This document shows positions 40,073 through 51,616 of a DNA stretch of 64,000 nt, piece after piece. Source of the DNA: Balanoglossus misakiensis (taxonomy: Eukaryota > Animalia > Hemichordata); assembly GCA_040954595.2 (NCBI GenBank), contig CM082588.2:3846156-3910155 (forward strand), written 5' to 3'. The notes beneath the pieces were generated by a model. It searched no databases, had not been told where the DNA came from, and saw only the letters and a program-made list of their open reading frames with translations. Every line of letters begins with the position of its first letter. The stretch's first letter is position 1. Made by a program: the position numbers and the translations under genes.

Positions 40073-41552
40073 CGGAATACCCAATAAGAAACATATTTAC
40101 AACAATCAAATACAATGTATATGCTGATATGTGACATACATGTGGAAAATCAAAACTCTGCTGTCAGACAATATATAAACGCACTGGCTGAAATCATAGT
40201 AAATAGCGCGACCTGTGCTTAGGGGCGCTAGATTTTTTTTGGCAAGCAGTCATGTCGGTTTTCGATTTCTCATTTTCTAAGTACATGTATATTGATTCTT
40301 ATCAAGTCCACCTCTGGACCAGCATTCTCTGTTCGTGTGCATGTCATACGCATGCGCTTGGCTTTGTCATAGGAACGAGGAAATCAATGTGTGTGCCGTG
40401 CCGCCAGGGGAAAGTGTGAGTCATAGACCAGTCGCGATGTCTCCTATTCAAATACTGCACAGTACAGTGCAAAATGAATACATGTCACTTTACTCATTGT
40501 TAGGGTAAAGTCGGTTGGTACTCAGTTGCACATGAATAGAAACTGACAAAGGTACTCGAACACGTCTCTTTTTCTATTTTCGGTTCTATTTTTCTTATTT
40601 TCGATTCTTGTCCACTGTGACATGAAGACATGACACATTGGAGTACAGCAGACGTTTTCTGTCGAGGGTGTGAACGTCTGTGTCTGATACCCCCATCCCC
40701 ATCCCCCCCCCCCCCAAAAAAAAAAAACTTTCAGTATCTAAAACATGAAAGTACATGAAAATGTTTTACTAGAGAAGCCTATGTGTCGGCGTGGCCAATT
40801 ATTGTCCGCCGGCGACCACGGTCACCCCACCACGCCGCATCTCAAGCAAATTTCGACACACCACCAAATCGTTACAGAAAAAACAACAACACAACATTTC
40901 CCCGAAATTAATTGGCCACTTTCTTTGACAAATGATAATCATTGGAGGAAACAAGGTGAAGCGTGGGGGGGGGGGGGACATGCCGGAAGGGTGGTTAGTG
41001 TCTTTTGTGAGAGAGAGAAGAAATCCACACGGGTGCAGCTCCCATCAACGACGGAGTGCAGGTCCGGGTCACAGATGTAGGTTGCATTTGCAGGTGAAGC
41101 ACACGCAAAGAAGTTCCTCTTCTGTTCATAGACAATAAAACCATATACAGAGCCGGAATCTCTCGTCACGGTTTCTTGCCATGTCCTGAAAGTACATAGT
41201 TCTTCTTCTTCTTCTGAATTACCGTGTGTTCTCAGAAAGGTGTGCCTACGGTGAATGAACAACACAGTAATATGATGGGTTTCACGTCCCATAGATAACA
41301 AAAGAAGTTGAAATTATGTTTATGTCCATTTGCGGAGGAGAGAACGTTCGCTGAAAACTATAAGGATGGCACATTGTAATACCTTTCCTTTGACAAAGCC
41401 AATTGTGGTGGGTGGTATTTCGAAGTTCCCGGATGTGTGCACTATTAGACGACGCATACCATCGATGACAACACAGTCACTCCACACACGTACAATAGTC
41501 CACTGTGCTTCGCTTCGACAGCGGACGGCGATCACCCTCGCCAATATTCACC

Positions 41553-43340
41553 ATGTCGATCTTCGGCGTCCGCTGGTTAGCGTTTATTTCACTTGCCGGG
41601 GCCCTGGCGCCGAGCCGCGGGTACTTCGTCGAGGAGCCCGTAGACGTGACGCCGATACCCGGACAGAATGTGGTGCTGCCCTGTCGGGTGTTGGGACTGT
41701 TGCCGACCATGACAGTGTCGTGGACCAAAGATTCCAGCTTCGTAAGTGAAAATTACGACGTCAAAGCCGAAGTTCATCAGAAGTTTAATGTACAGGGTGA
41801 TAGAACCATAGGCCAGTATAACCTGGTAGTTGCCAATGTTAGCTTTGGCGACGAGGGAGTTTACCAGTGCCATATCATCAACGCGAACGGTGTTTTCTTT
41901 GCCAGCTCCCGTCCAGGCACACTTGACATCGCTGTGTTACCTAGCGGAGGGCCTTTCTGTTCTATTGAACCGGCGGTCGACCCTTTGCATTCTTCGATAC
42001 GAGACGGTGATCAGTACGTGATCAAATGCCAACTGGAGACCGGTAACCCGCCGGTGGGGTTAGAGTGGCGGGACAGCAACGACAATATACCTGAAAGTGT
42101 CGTTCAGAGAGGTGACCGACTGACACATATCACCTCGGCATGGGTCGCCAAACGACACGACAGGCACATGACATTTACGTGTTTGGCGACTCACGCGGCC
42201 CTGCCCTTCCCATTGTTATGCTCACTCGGCCCTTTCAACGTGGAGTACCCTCCGGTCATCTTCATATCTGCCGCGGAAGAACGCGTTGAAATCGGCGCAG
42301 TGGCGTCGTTCTCGTGTGCCGCAGACGCAAATCCGCCTGTTATGGAGTACGCCTGGACTTTCAACGGGGTCTATGTTCCTGCGCCCGGGGCCCACGATTT
42401 GTACGACCGATTCAAAGTCAGAGGAGGCCCGAACGGCAACAGTGTACTGACCGTTGAAAATGTGTCCTTCGAAGACAACGGGGCCGAAGTGAAGTGCCTC
42501 GTGAGAAACCCACATGGCACCGATGAAAAGACGCTAGCATTGCTCGTGTCGGCACCGATAACCGTGCGGACTGACGTCTCAACAATAAACAACGGTCCGA
42601 GCACATTGGCGATATTTACGTGCGATTCGACTTCGGCTCTGGCCAGTCGTCACACTTGGTACTACAATGAAGAAGTTGTGCCGAGCGACACGGAGAAATT
42701 CACGCTCTTGAAGGACGACTCCGTCTTGGTGGTGCGCCAGGTGACCGAAGCAGACAACTTGGTGGTGGTGACGTGCGAGGCCTCGAACGGTTTGGCGACG
42801 GAGAACAGCACGAGTATTCTCCGATTGGACCCGCAGGTGGTGTCCAATACACGGAGAGATGGCGAGAGCCCGGCCCTCGGAGATGCAGTCGTAGGAATTT
42901 CTTTCGTGGCTGGACTGTCCGCCGGTGTTCTGGCCGTCCTTCTGATAGAATACATTCTGTGGAAAAGGGGACTGGCGCTACCATTCTTTGTAAAAACGAC
43001 AGACAAAAAGGCGAAGACATACACAGGCGCTGACACTCGCCTCCAGGTTGAAACGAACAACCTGAACCAAGGCGTGAACGAACACCACATGAACTTGACC
43101 TACGGGGACACTGACTCCATGGGTTACATACAACCGATCTCCGACGCCCAGTTCGAGGCACACAACGCAGCCACCGCGCGCGTGCAGAGTCCGACCAGGC
43201 CGTACGCCGACATCAACATGGGCACCCTTGAACCCGAGCACGACTACCAGAAGTTGAACGCCAACAAGAACAACGGGAGGGACGCCGGTGCTGTTGCAAA
43301 GAGAGTCGAAGAGTTCGAGTATTGCTTGGCTAGGAAGTGA
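41553..43340 (+). CDS. IgSF type-I membrane receptor 3 (4 Ig domains, nephrin/Kirrel/nectin-like ectodomain, Tyr-motif tail), intronless CDS
   Basis: ATG 41553 in ACCATG context; signal peptide; YFVEEP..LPCRV..VSWTKD..YNLVVANVSFGDEGVYQC; CQLETGNPPVGLEW..FTCLATHAAL; FSCAADANPP..YAWTFNG; fourth Ig domain; TM VVGISFVAGLSAGVLAVLLIEYILW; tail YADI-x10-YQKL. Confidence 0.9.
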   Translation: MSIFGVRWLAFISLAGALAPSRGYFVEEPVDVTPIPGQNVVLPCRVLGLLPTMTVSWTKDSSFVSENYDVKAEVHQKFNVQGDRTIGQYNLVVANVSFGDEGVYQCHIINANGVFFASSRPGTLDIAVLPSGGPFCSIEPAVDPLHSSIRDGDQYVIKCQLETGNPPVGLEWRDSNDNIPESVVQRGDRLTHITSAWVAKRHDRHMTFTCLATHAALPFPLLCSLGPFNVEYPPVIFISAAEERVEIGAVASFSCAADANPPVMEYAWTFNGVYVPAPGAHDLYDRFKVRGGPNGNSVLTVENVSFEDNGAEVKCLVRNPHGTDEKTLALLVSAPITVRTDVSTINNGPSTLAIFTCDSTSALASRHTWYYNEEVVPSDTEKFTLLKDDSVLVVRQVTEADNLVVVTCEASNGLATENSTSILRLDPQVVSNTRRDGESPALGDAVVGISFVAGLSAGVLAVLLIEYILWKRGLALPFFVKTTDKKAKTYTGADTRLQVETNNLNQGVNEHHMNLTYGDTDSMGYIQPISDAQFEAHNAATARVQSPTRPYADINMGTLEPEHDYQKLNANKNNGRDAGAVAKRVEEFEYCLARK

Positions 43341-44999
43341 CGTATGATATCTTCATCTGGCCTTATTAATACTGATAGGAATGTATGACATTTATGTTCT
43401 AATCACAATTTAGGCCTAAACAGACATTTTTGCAAATCATTCACATCATTTATCCAGAGAAGGCTGGTCTTCGAAGTGAAACGTTGAATTATTATATAAA
43501 AAAAAAAAAACATAAATATCAAAATCACTAACCGCGGGCGGTTGGTGGACTCGAGAATTTTCGAAAGTTACTTATGAGTGATGCGCTGTATTTCTTCGCC
43601 GAGTTCTTTTAACAATTGCCCAAATAACTTTATTTATTTTTATACCAAATTATACACTGCTTCGACAATAAATGTGTTCTTAGGCAACAATTAACATCAT
43701 TCCAGTATTCAAGTATCTCTATTTTTTATTTTTGTTTTGAATACTGATTTAGTGGAATAAAGTTATATTTCACTGGAAACCCCCACAGTTGTTCTTCAAA
43801 AGAAAAAATGAATGGTATACATGTAAGCATGTTCTATCGATCTACCCTATTCGGAATACGTCTTTGTCGGGCCAGTATCTGTGACATCAACGTGACCTCA
43901 TAGGGATATAAGCATTATCTGGTCTGAGGTGTTACGAGCGAGTGCTTTATTGCCAAACATACGTGACACCCAGGTCTGTATCCGTCGACTACCTGTGTCT
44001 GTGTCCCGCACGCCGCCTCGTGTGTAACACCCAGATCGAGCCCTTGAACAAAGTCTGTTGTCATAACAGTCACGCAATTAGCGGATAGCAGTGCCGGTGT
44101 TTACAGGGTACATATCAGTTCCGTTCAGTGTTCACACCTGATAAATATGCAGGCAGCTCCATCTCAGATATTGTTGTGGCATTGGCCGACGATTGATTCA
44201 AATGAACTTGTTTAATTGCGGAGATGAACACATCAATTATTCATACAATCTCCACCAACAGACCTTGAGCAGCCAACTGGCTTCTGCGACTAAAATCCTA
44301 ATTTACTGTTTGGAATAAATCTCACCAGGCCAGCCGATGGACACCCCTTTACGAGGTATTCATACACGTACATTGTACTCTTGACCAAGATAATTTATGC
44401 GCATCTGAGGCAGTTTGATTTCGCGAGGAAAACAATGCGTGTGAGGTCGAGCTGTTTACCTATGATCAATCGTCAGGTTTTGTTGACGAAAGATTGCTTT
44501 AGGCGATATTTGCTGTATACACCCCATTCCAGGCGACATGTATAATAGACAGTGACATTCCAGCTGTCAATAGCCACCACCATGACGGCGGTTGTGTGCC
44601 GTTCGTACATAAGACAGGTTGTTTATAACCACTAGCAAATACCGATGATACATTAAAAGGTCAATTCGTGAGTATGGACCGCCTCGGAAACGTGTTGTGT
44701 GACGTGCACCAGTGAGTGGTCACACCACAATCTCTCTGGAGAGCCTGTTGTCCACCCTCGGTGTTATACTTCCGAACACCGTTCAGTACACACCCCTTAA
44801 TACTACTGCACCTGCGCAGAGACATCACCTTCGTTTATATGTTTACACTGCTCGTCACCTGACCGAGTGAACCTGCGACACGGGGTCATTTTATGGGGCC
44901 AATCGAAACTGAAGTGCCCGGGAAATCCGATGTTGGTGCCAGGGCGCGTCGCGTCGTTTGCCGCTGTCTTCGGGGAACGTCTCCAAGGCGGACGCTGAG

Positions 45000-46652
45000 A
45001 TGCACAAGCCCTTGTTGTTGATCATCGTGTGCCTGCCGTTCGTCAAAATTTTCTTGGACATTTTTGTCAACAGGCCGAGTAAACCGAAGCTGCGAGTCGA
45101 GTCGGACAGGCGTGTCATCGCTCAGGGACAAGAGGTAACTTTAAGGTGCAGTGCGGAGGGTGTTGACTGGGGGGCTGGCTCTGGTGTCGCCATTGTGTGG
45201 ACCAAAGACGGGGTTCAGGTGAACCTTGACACTGATCACACATCTTCGACCAATTCTCGCTGTTTATACGGAGGGTGTTTAGGAGACTCTCGCTGGACAA
45301 TCGTCGATTTCCGGAAAGGTGACGCCGGCGAATACCGGTGTATCTTAGTAGACGAACGGACTAATCAAACGAGAGCGAGGTCGGGCGGGCTTCTCCTGAA
45401 ATATGTCGAGAAAATTCACATACCAACGTGTACGATAACGCCGGCAAACGTTACCAACGCAACGGCAGACGTTGAGGTAGTGTTGTTATGTAAATTACTG
45501 AAGACCAATGCAAATGATGTAATGACAAAACTAAAGTGGTCATCGGAATGTGAGGGTATAATTAGCAATGAATTATACGAACACAGTTTCGTCGACGAAA
45601 CTCATGTGTACACTCAATATATATGGACGCCTACTAGGATGGACAACGGTCGTTCATTCACTTGTTATTCACAGGACCCTGACATCAACTATCTAGATGC
45701 TGACGCTCCGTCCTGTTCCGTCGGTCCGTTCCAAGTCATTTTCCCACCTCACGTGACTCTGCGTCAAGTGCAGGCCGAACCTGAGATCGGTGGAGAGGCT
45801 GAATATGAATGCTTCGCCAGTGCAAGTCCGCCGGTTACGTCATACACCTGGATGTTCAATGGTGTGAAAGTATCGCCGGGCGGAAAGAGGTTTTCCATCG
45901 GAGACGAAGGGAAGAGTCTCCTCGTACGCGACCTCGGGGTGGACGATTCGAACGCGGTGGTTACATGTCAGGCTGAAAATTCTCTCGGACAAAATGCAGC
46001 TTCTATCAATGTCCGTGTGAAATCCGAATGTGATGTCAAAGTGGAGTTATTGGCCATTGGACCAAGTCTAGACCAGATGAGGCCAATAGCTTCGTTCCAA
46101 TGCAAAGTGCACAACTCAGCATGTATGAGGCGCGACGCGTTGCCTAGCTACAGGTGGTACTTCGATGGCCTGGCGATCAATCCCACCTCATACTCGGATC
46201 GTTTCATTTTCGAGAGGGGCGACTCCGTGATTCACATCACCGAGATCTCCAGCTCGGACGAGGGAAGCGAGGTCACGTGTGAAGCGACTGTTCTCGGAAA
46301 CAGGGCGTCGGACAGCGAGACGCTACACGCAACCAGTGTGAACGAAGGCCGCGTACTCCAGCCTCGCCGCCGAGAAGATTCTGACATAATCATAAAAATC
46401 CCGCGCGAAAAGGAAACGATAGAGATCGAAAACCGGTTGACTTGCTCCGATGACTTCGCTTATTCCCAAGGGATGCTCGGGCTTATCAGATATTTTATAG
46501 ACGGAGTTTTGCTGCGCATTAAAGAAATTTTAATAACTTCATTGGCGGTGGTGTTTTCATCGCTGTTTTTGGCCGTCGTCGAGCTTCACTACATGAACAT
46601 CAGATTCTTCCGTAACGGTAGGGTACAACTTCATCGCATCAGAAGGAACTGA
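45000..46652 (+). CDS. IgSF membrane protein 4 (4 Ig domains, Cys-rich, C-terminal TM, very short tail), intronless CDS
   Basis: ATG 45000; hydrophobic N-terminus; VTLRC..IVWTKDG..DAGEYRC; DNGRSFTC; YECFASASPPVTSYTWMFNG; YRWYFDG..DEGSEVTC; TM ILITSLAVVFSSLFLAVVELHY; ~20-aa Arg-rich tail. Confidence 0.85.
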   Translation: MHKPLLLIIVCLPFVKIFLDIFVNRPSKPKLRVESDRRVIAQGQEVTLRCSAEGVDWGAGSGVAIVWTKDGVQVNLDTDHTSSTNSRCLYGGCLGDSRWTIVDFRKGDAGEYRCILVDERTNQTRARSGGLLLKYVEKIHIPTCTITPANVTNATADVEVVLLCKLLKTNANDVMTKLKWSSECEGIISNELYEHSFVDETHVYTQYIWTPTRMDNGRSFTCYSQDPDINYLDADAPSCSVGPFQVIFPPHVTLRQVQAEPEIGGEAEYECFASASPPVTSYTWMFNGVKVSPGGKRFSIGDEGKSLLVRDLGVDDSNAVVTCQAENSLGQNAASINVRVKSECDVKVELLAIGPSLDQMRPIASFQCKVHNSACMRRDALPSYRWYFDGLAINPTSYSDRFIFERGDSVIHITEISSSDEGSEVTCEATVLGNRASDSETLHATSVNEGRVLQPRRREDSDIIIKIPREKETIEIENRLTCSDDFAYSQGMLGLIRYFIDGVLLRIKEILITSLAVVFSSLFLAVVELHYMNIRFFRNGRVQLHRIRRN

Positions 46653-47335
46653 CTAAAAATACATAAAGTCGTTTACTGTGGGCAGTGGAGATTTCACATG
46701 ACTTTATGAACGGAATATTCAAAGTCACAGATATTCAATTATTCTCTTGTTTTTCAAATATCTCAGGGTGCTGCTTGTAATCTACCGATTTTAAGATTTT
46801 TTATGGAATATGAGTGATATTACCTTTTACTAACCAGAGTAGGAAACTCACAACCCTTTTAATAATTTAAATTATGATTTATAGCTTCCAAGAGTTGCAA
46901 AGGAATCTTGTCTTAAATTAATAAATACCTGGTATAAGTAGTCATTATAAAACACATACAACATGATTTTAGTGTCTTATTTATCATGTAGCATATTCCT
47001 GCCTATCCAAGAAGTTGCTTGGTTTGGAACCACACCCAGCTGAGTAACCTCAAGCACGGACAGATTGCCATTCAAGTCGCGTTCTTTGCTGCATTGTATG
47101 CCTTCGTCATCCATCTTATGCAAATTACACCACCGAACAATGCCTAGCTCCCACTCTCAGCCGCCATGATAGGAACCTTACGAGTGGGTCGCGGCTGTTT
47201 CTTTCCTCGTCTAACTGTCGACGTTTAGGAGGGAGGATTTTCTCACTATGCCGGAGGTGAACATAAATCAGCAGTGAGCAACGTGATCAAATTTGACAGT
47301 GTTCCGAGCGGCCGAAGACAGTTGGGATAAAAAAA

Positions 47336-48709
47336 ATGGTCAACGGAATGTCTGTGTCAGTCTTAATAGGCCTACTGTCACTTTCGTATGTCGCCGGGGC
47401 TGGTGTTACCTTCGTTGAAGAACCTGATGACGCAAGCGTGAATGTTGGAGAGACTGCCGTCTTTAAATGCAGAGTATCTGGTTACGTTCCTGAGGATGGT
47501 ATCTTAGTCTGGATTATTAGCCTCGACGGGGGCCAGGAATTTCTCTTTGGTCCGGTAAACCCGGCTGTGGACTCAAACATAGCTGACCGATACAGCATTA
47601 CCGGTGACCCCGGCCTTGGCCACTATGACCTGCAGATTATTGACGTTCAGGACACCGACGCCGGGCTGTACCGATGTCTGGCATCGACAACTTTATCCAA
47701 GCGAGCGACGCTAACAGTCGACTCCTTCAAACCGCCAGACGACGGATACCCAAAATGCTACGGTGATCATATCGGAGACGCGCGGTACGTCGGCGATCGG
47801 GCGACTGTGAGATGCGAATCAAAAGGCGGTCTCCCAGCGGCGATCTTAACATGGCACAGAGACGGCGAGCCATTGCAGGGTCATTACACCTCAGCCCCGC
47901 ATGCAGAACACGTTTACGAGTGGACGCTCACCGCCGAGGATAACGGGAAAGTGCTGACCTGCACGGCGGCAAGTCCCGCGCTGTCTGCGCCGCGGACCTG
48001 CACCATTGGTCCGTGGATCGTTCAGGCTCGCCGACCCACTGCGATGCCGATCAACTCGACGACGCCTGCGCTTGAGTCAGACCAACCGACTGTGAAGATA
48101 TTACCGACAGTGAACGACGTTGTTCGAGGCGATGAAGTAGTGTTCACGTGCATACTTTCAGTCCGGGCAGACGGATGCATGTTCTCGTGGAGGATTGGTG
48201 ACACTCCCATTCAGAATCCATCTGAGAAATACAGATTTGAGAACCAGAACAGAACGTTAAGATTCCAAGCAGAACCGTCGGACGACTTCACCTTGTACTA
48301 CTGCGAGGTTCGTTACGACTCGGGAAACACGATGTACGCAAGTGCGTTGCTCCGAGTTCACGGGGACGAGGCGGGATCGGCGTCGGCGCAGACGTCAACC
48401 ATCGTCGGCGTGTCGGTCGCCGCCGTCGCCGTCATAGTTTTGTTCGTCATCGCGCTGCTGGTGTACTTACACTACCGGAAATTGAAACAGAAAACCCCGG
48501 ATGTCGCGGACACGAACATAACCATGACCGTCAGGCAACCTGGCGGAACGGTGTTAGGCCACGCGCCCGTCGACAGAGAAGCTGAACTTCACGCGCTGGA
48601 CATGCAAATGTTCCAGGACGAAGGGCCAGACATCATGTTCAGAAATCCGCAGGGGAAAACGCTATACGTTTACCAAAATGGCGAGGCTCCATCGGAAAGT
48701 TTTTCTTAG
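47336..48709 (+). CDS. IgSF type-I membrane receptor 5 (3 Ig domains, Kirrel/nectin-like), intronless CDS
   Basis: Signal peptide; VTFVEEP..AVFKCRV..LVWI..YDLQIIDVQDTDAGLYRC; VRCESKGGLPAAILTW..DNGKVLTC; FTCIL..FSWRIG..YYC; TM IVGVSVAAVAVIVLFVIALLVYL; ~75-aa tail. Confidence 0.9.
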   Translation: MVNGMSVSVLIGLLSLSYVAGAGVTFVEEPDDASVNVGETAVFKCRVSGYVPEDGILVWIISLDGGQEFLFGPVNPAVDSNIADRYSITGDPGLGHYDLQIIDVQDTDAGLYRCLASTTLSKRATLTVDSFKPPDDGYPKCYGDHIGDARYVGDRATVRCESKGGLPAAILTWHRDGEPLQGHYTSAPHAEHVYEWTLTAEDNGKVLTCTAASPALSAPRTCTIGPWIVQARRPTAMPINSTTPALESDQPTVKILPTVNDVVRGDEVVFTCILSVRADGCMFSWRIGDTPIQNPSEKYRFENQNRTLRFQAEPSDDFTLYYCEVRYDSGNTMYASALLRVHGDEAGSASAQTSTIVGVSVAAVAVIVLFVIALLVYLHYRKLKQKTPDVADTNITMTVRQPGGTVLGHAPVDREAELHALDMQMFQDEGPDIMFRNPQGKTLYVYQNGEAPSESFS

Positions 48710-51616
48710 TTATGATTTTGTTCTTGTTGTTTGTTCTGTTTGATTTTTTACGCATATGTAGTGCACGAGAATGATGAATGTCCTTTTGGGCCGGAACCCA
48801 AATTTTGCTGTGATTTCTGCACCATATTTAATCAGTACTCTTGTATTCAAAATGGCTTAATGTACAATAATTTGACGATTCATTAAACAGCTTCTTTAAA
48901 TGTGATCCTGCAGCGCCATCTATGGCGTGAATCAACAGGTGGTTTTCACTTTGTTTCTTAAAACGGCGCAGAATAATGACATTTAAATCACACTTGCATG
49001 TAAGAACTGCAGAATGCCTTATTGATGACAGTTAGGAGAGAAAGCAAGGAGACAAAAATATCGCACATGTATGCAGAAAACTTAACAAGTCAGCAATGAT
49101 CGACCCACCTATTATACCCGGTGACCAATATGGCCGGCAACTTTGGCCAAAAATGACCTCTTCAGTATTTGCTGTCATAAAACAATAAAGAAGATATGTT
49201 TTAGTGACCCGTTTATAAAATTAGCTGTATATCTGTTTTTGTTTATCTTGTCTGTCTGTCTGCCTGTATCGCCGTCTCTCCACCAATCTGCTGTCTGTTT
49301 ATGTCAGTCCAATCTCTCCGTTTAATGCATACGATCAATACCCACATAGACCGCCCATTCTTCTAATCTAAGTGAATCCTGGAAAGTGTAAGTCGTCCAT
49401 AAACACGACAAAGCTTGAGAACATGTATGTTTTTTTCGATCTTTCGTAATCTCTTTACGCATAAGTACACTCACTCGCTGCAGCGTGTTGTTAGCATTGC
49501 CTCGAACAAGAGCAAATATACCAGTGACGGGAACCATGGTGACGGAATAACCGGATACCGGTATGGCAAGCACCTGTTGCTTCTACACTTCTCTGGACTT
49601 CGAACAATGCGCGATATTTTGTCCCAAATTCTATCTGTTTTATGACTTTTGGCCATTGTTTTTGTTCACATGATGCGTTTCACATGATTCGCCACCCCTC
49701 CCTCAAAGCAAACAAGGAATTCTGGACGCGACACACCCTGATGTATGCCAGAACCAGGGTCTCTATGCCTGAACCCATCATATGCATAGCCACCCACGCG
49801 CTCCAGATCAAGTCGTTCACAATCATGTTAAACTCTCGCATTCACTCGGGCTGACCCTTTGTACAAAAGAAGGGGTCTGTATAGCAGCCGAGAAACTGCC
49901 CCACCCAAAGTTTCCCCGCTACCACAATCAATAACTATCAATGGATCAAAGAGAATAGGGAATTTTAACAAGCGGCTATGTTATTTAATTTACCCTGCGC
50001 AAACCAACGAATGGGTGAAATGTATGGAACAGTTATCCAAAGTTAATATTCTTGGCATATTGCAGATGCAGACTGCATAATAGCAATATACAGAATTGCA
50101 AACAGCGCAACCATTTTCCACAAACTAAATCACAGAACCATTATATTGGGTCTACCTCTACATACGGATGCTATATGCGGGTTAGTTACTAGTAGTTAAT
50201 TAATCGGGGCATTGTTGCGCACATGCTCAAACATGATTTGTTCATGTCGTATTGGTGCCGGGAAAGGGGAGAACAATATGCAAACTAACACATGAGTGCG
50301 AGAAAAATATATCAAAGTCTCGAAATTGATTGCACTTAATGACTGTCGTCTTTTGGCATTCTTAACGGGCCTGGTGAACCGAAATGAAAATTGGACGGTT
50401 TCTTCAGTGCAATGTATGGGAGCCAACCGTTATAGAGCCATTTGCGGTTCGACTTGAAAACCAACCTCATTACGCAACGGGTTTATTTGTAGCGCATGGT
50501 AGGTTACTCTATCGACGAAATAACCTATCATCACTTTGTTAAATACACTTTCAGACCTCTTTTGTTCAGACCAGGGGTTGTCCCACAACTAGGAGCCTCT
50601 GTCTGACTTCTCTTGTATACCCAAACTCCTTGTTTTGCGTCACAATTGAATTCGCCTACACTGCCAGGGCGTTGATCTGTCAGCAGGCTTGTTTCTTCAA
50701 AGCACTTTGAATGTGAATAGTTGGAAAGAATAGACGGTTTTCTTCCCGCATTCATTACAGGCACAGTCGCTCCACACAGGCCTATTATCAACAGGCGCTT
50801 CCGTAAGTGCATGCGGTGTCCCTGGCATAGACCAATTCTCTACTCTATAGGTAAGCATAGCCACATTTGTCTGTATTTATGATGTATTTTCACTGAATCA
50901 CCGACGTTTCCCAGTTGTTTATATTGCGAACCATTGGGTTAAAATACCCCAGTACGCACGCCTAACTCCAGTCACGAAATAATCGACTTCCGTCGAAAAT
51001 TGGACAGTGCGTTTGTCTGGTCTGAACGCGTCGTTCTGGAGCTATGCAACGATCAAGTCAGTATATTGTGGTGAATTACAGTTGCTTGGACAATAACAAA
51101 CACACGAACCACAGACGGGAACTGCTTGTTCATAATGTTATTGGGGACAAGTTCAGAAATACTAGTAAGCTTATGACTAAGTGCACCGGTCCACCGAGAT
51201 CGAAGGTGACAACGCCCTAATCTAAAATGTTTGTGCCACAGCGATTTTCTGACTCATTTATGTATATATTTTTCCCGTTGCCAGCTTAGCAAAGCTTTTA
51301 TACTGTCAATGTTCATGACGCGTGGAAATCCTGTCTATCGGTAGCTTTTACCGAGTGGTTCACTTTTCACGGGTCAGGCTTACCCGGATGTTGACCAACT
51401 TTGATGCCGAAGGCGCCATTTTGGTTGTTGACACTTTCACTGTTTAAAATTCCGCGTCGCACCCAGTGATATTAAAACGTCGACAAAGCCGCGCTACCAG
51501 ACGAGCGATCGCGACAGTCACATATCGGGGTAATTTTTCAAGAGCGGGGTGAAATTTTAATGACGCCTTTCTGTTATTTTTCAGTCGGTCTTTGTTAACG
51601 GTACCACAGTGTAAAA

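Noticed and set aside
43495-43510. A-run after Ig gene 3 as a retrocopy poly(A) relic
   Set aside because: No preceding AATAAA or target-site duplication, and homopolymer runs are common in this window.
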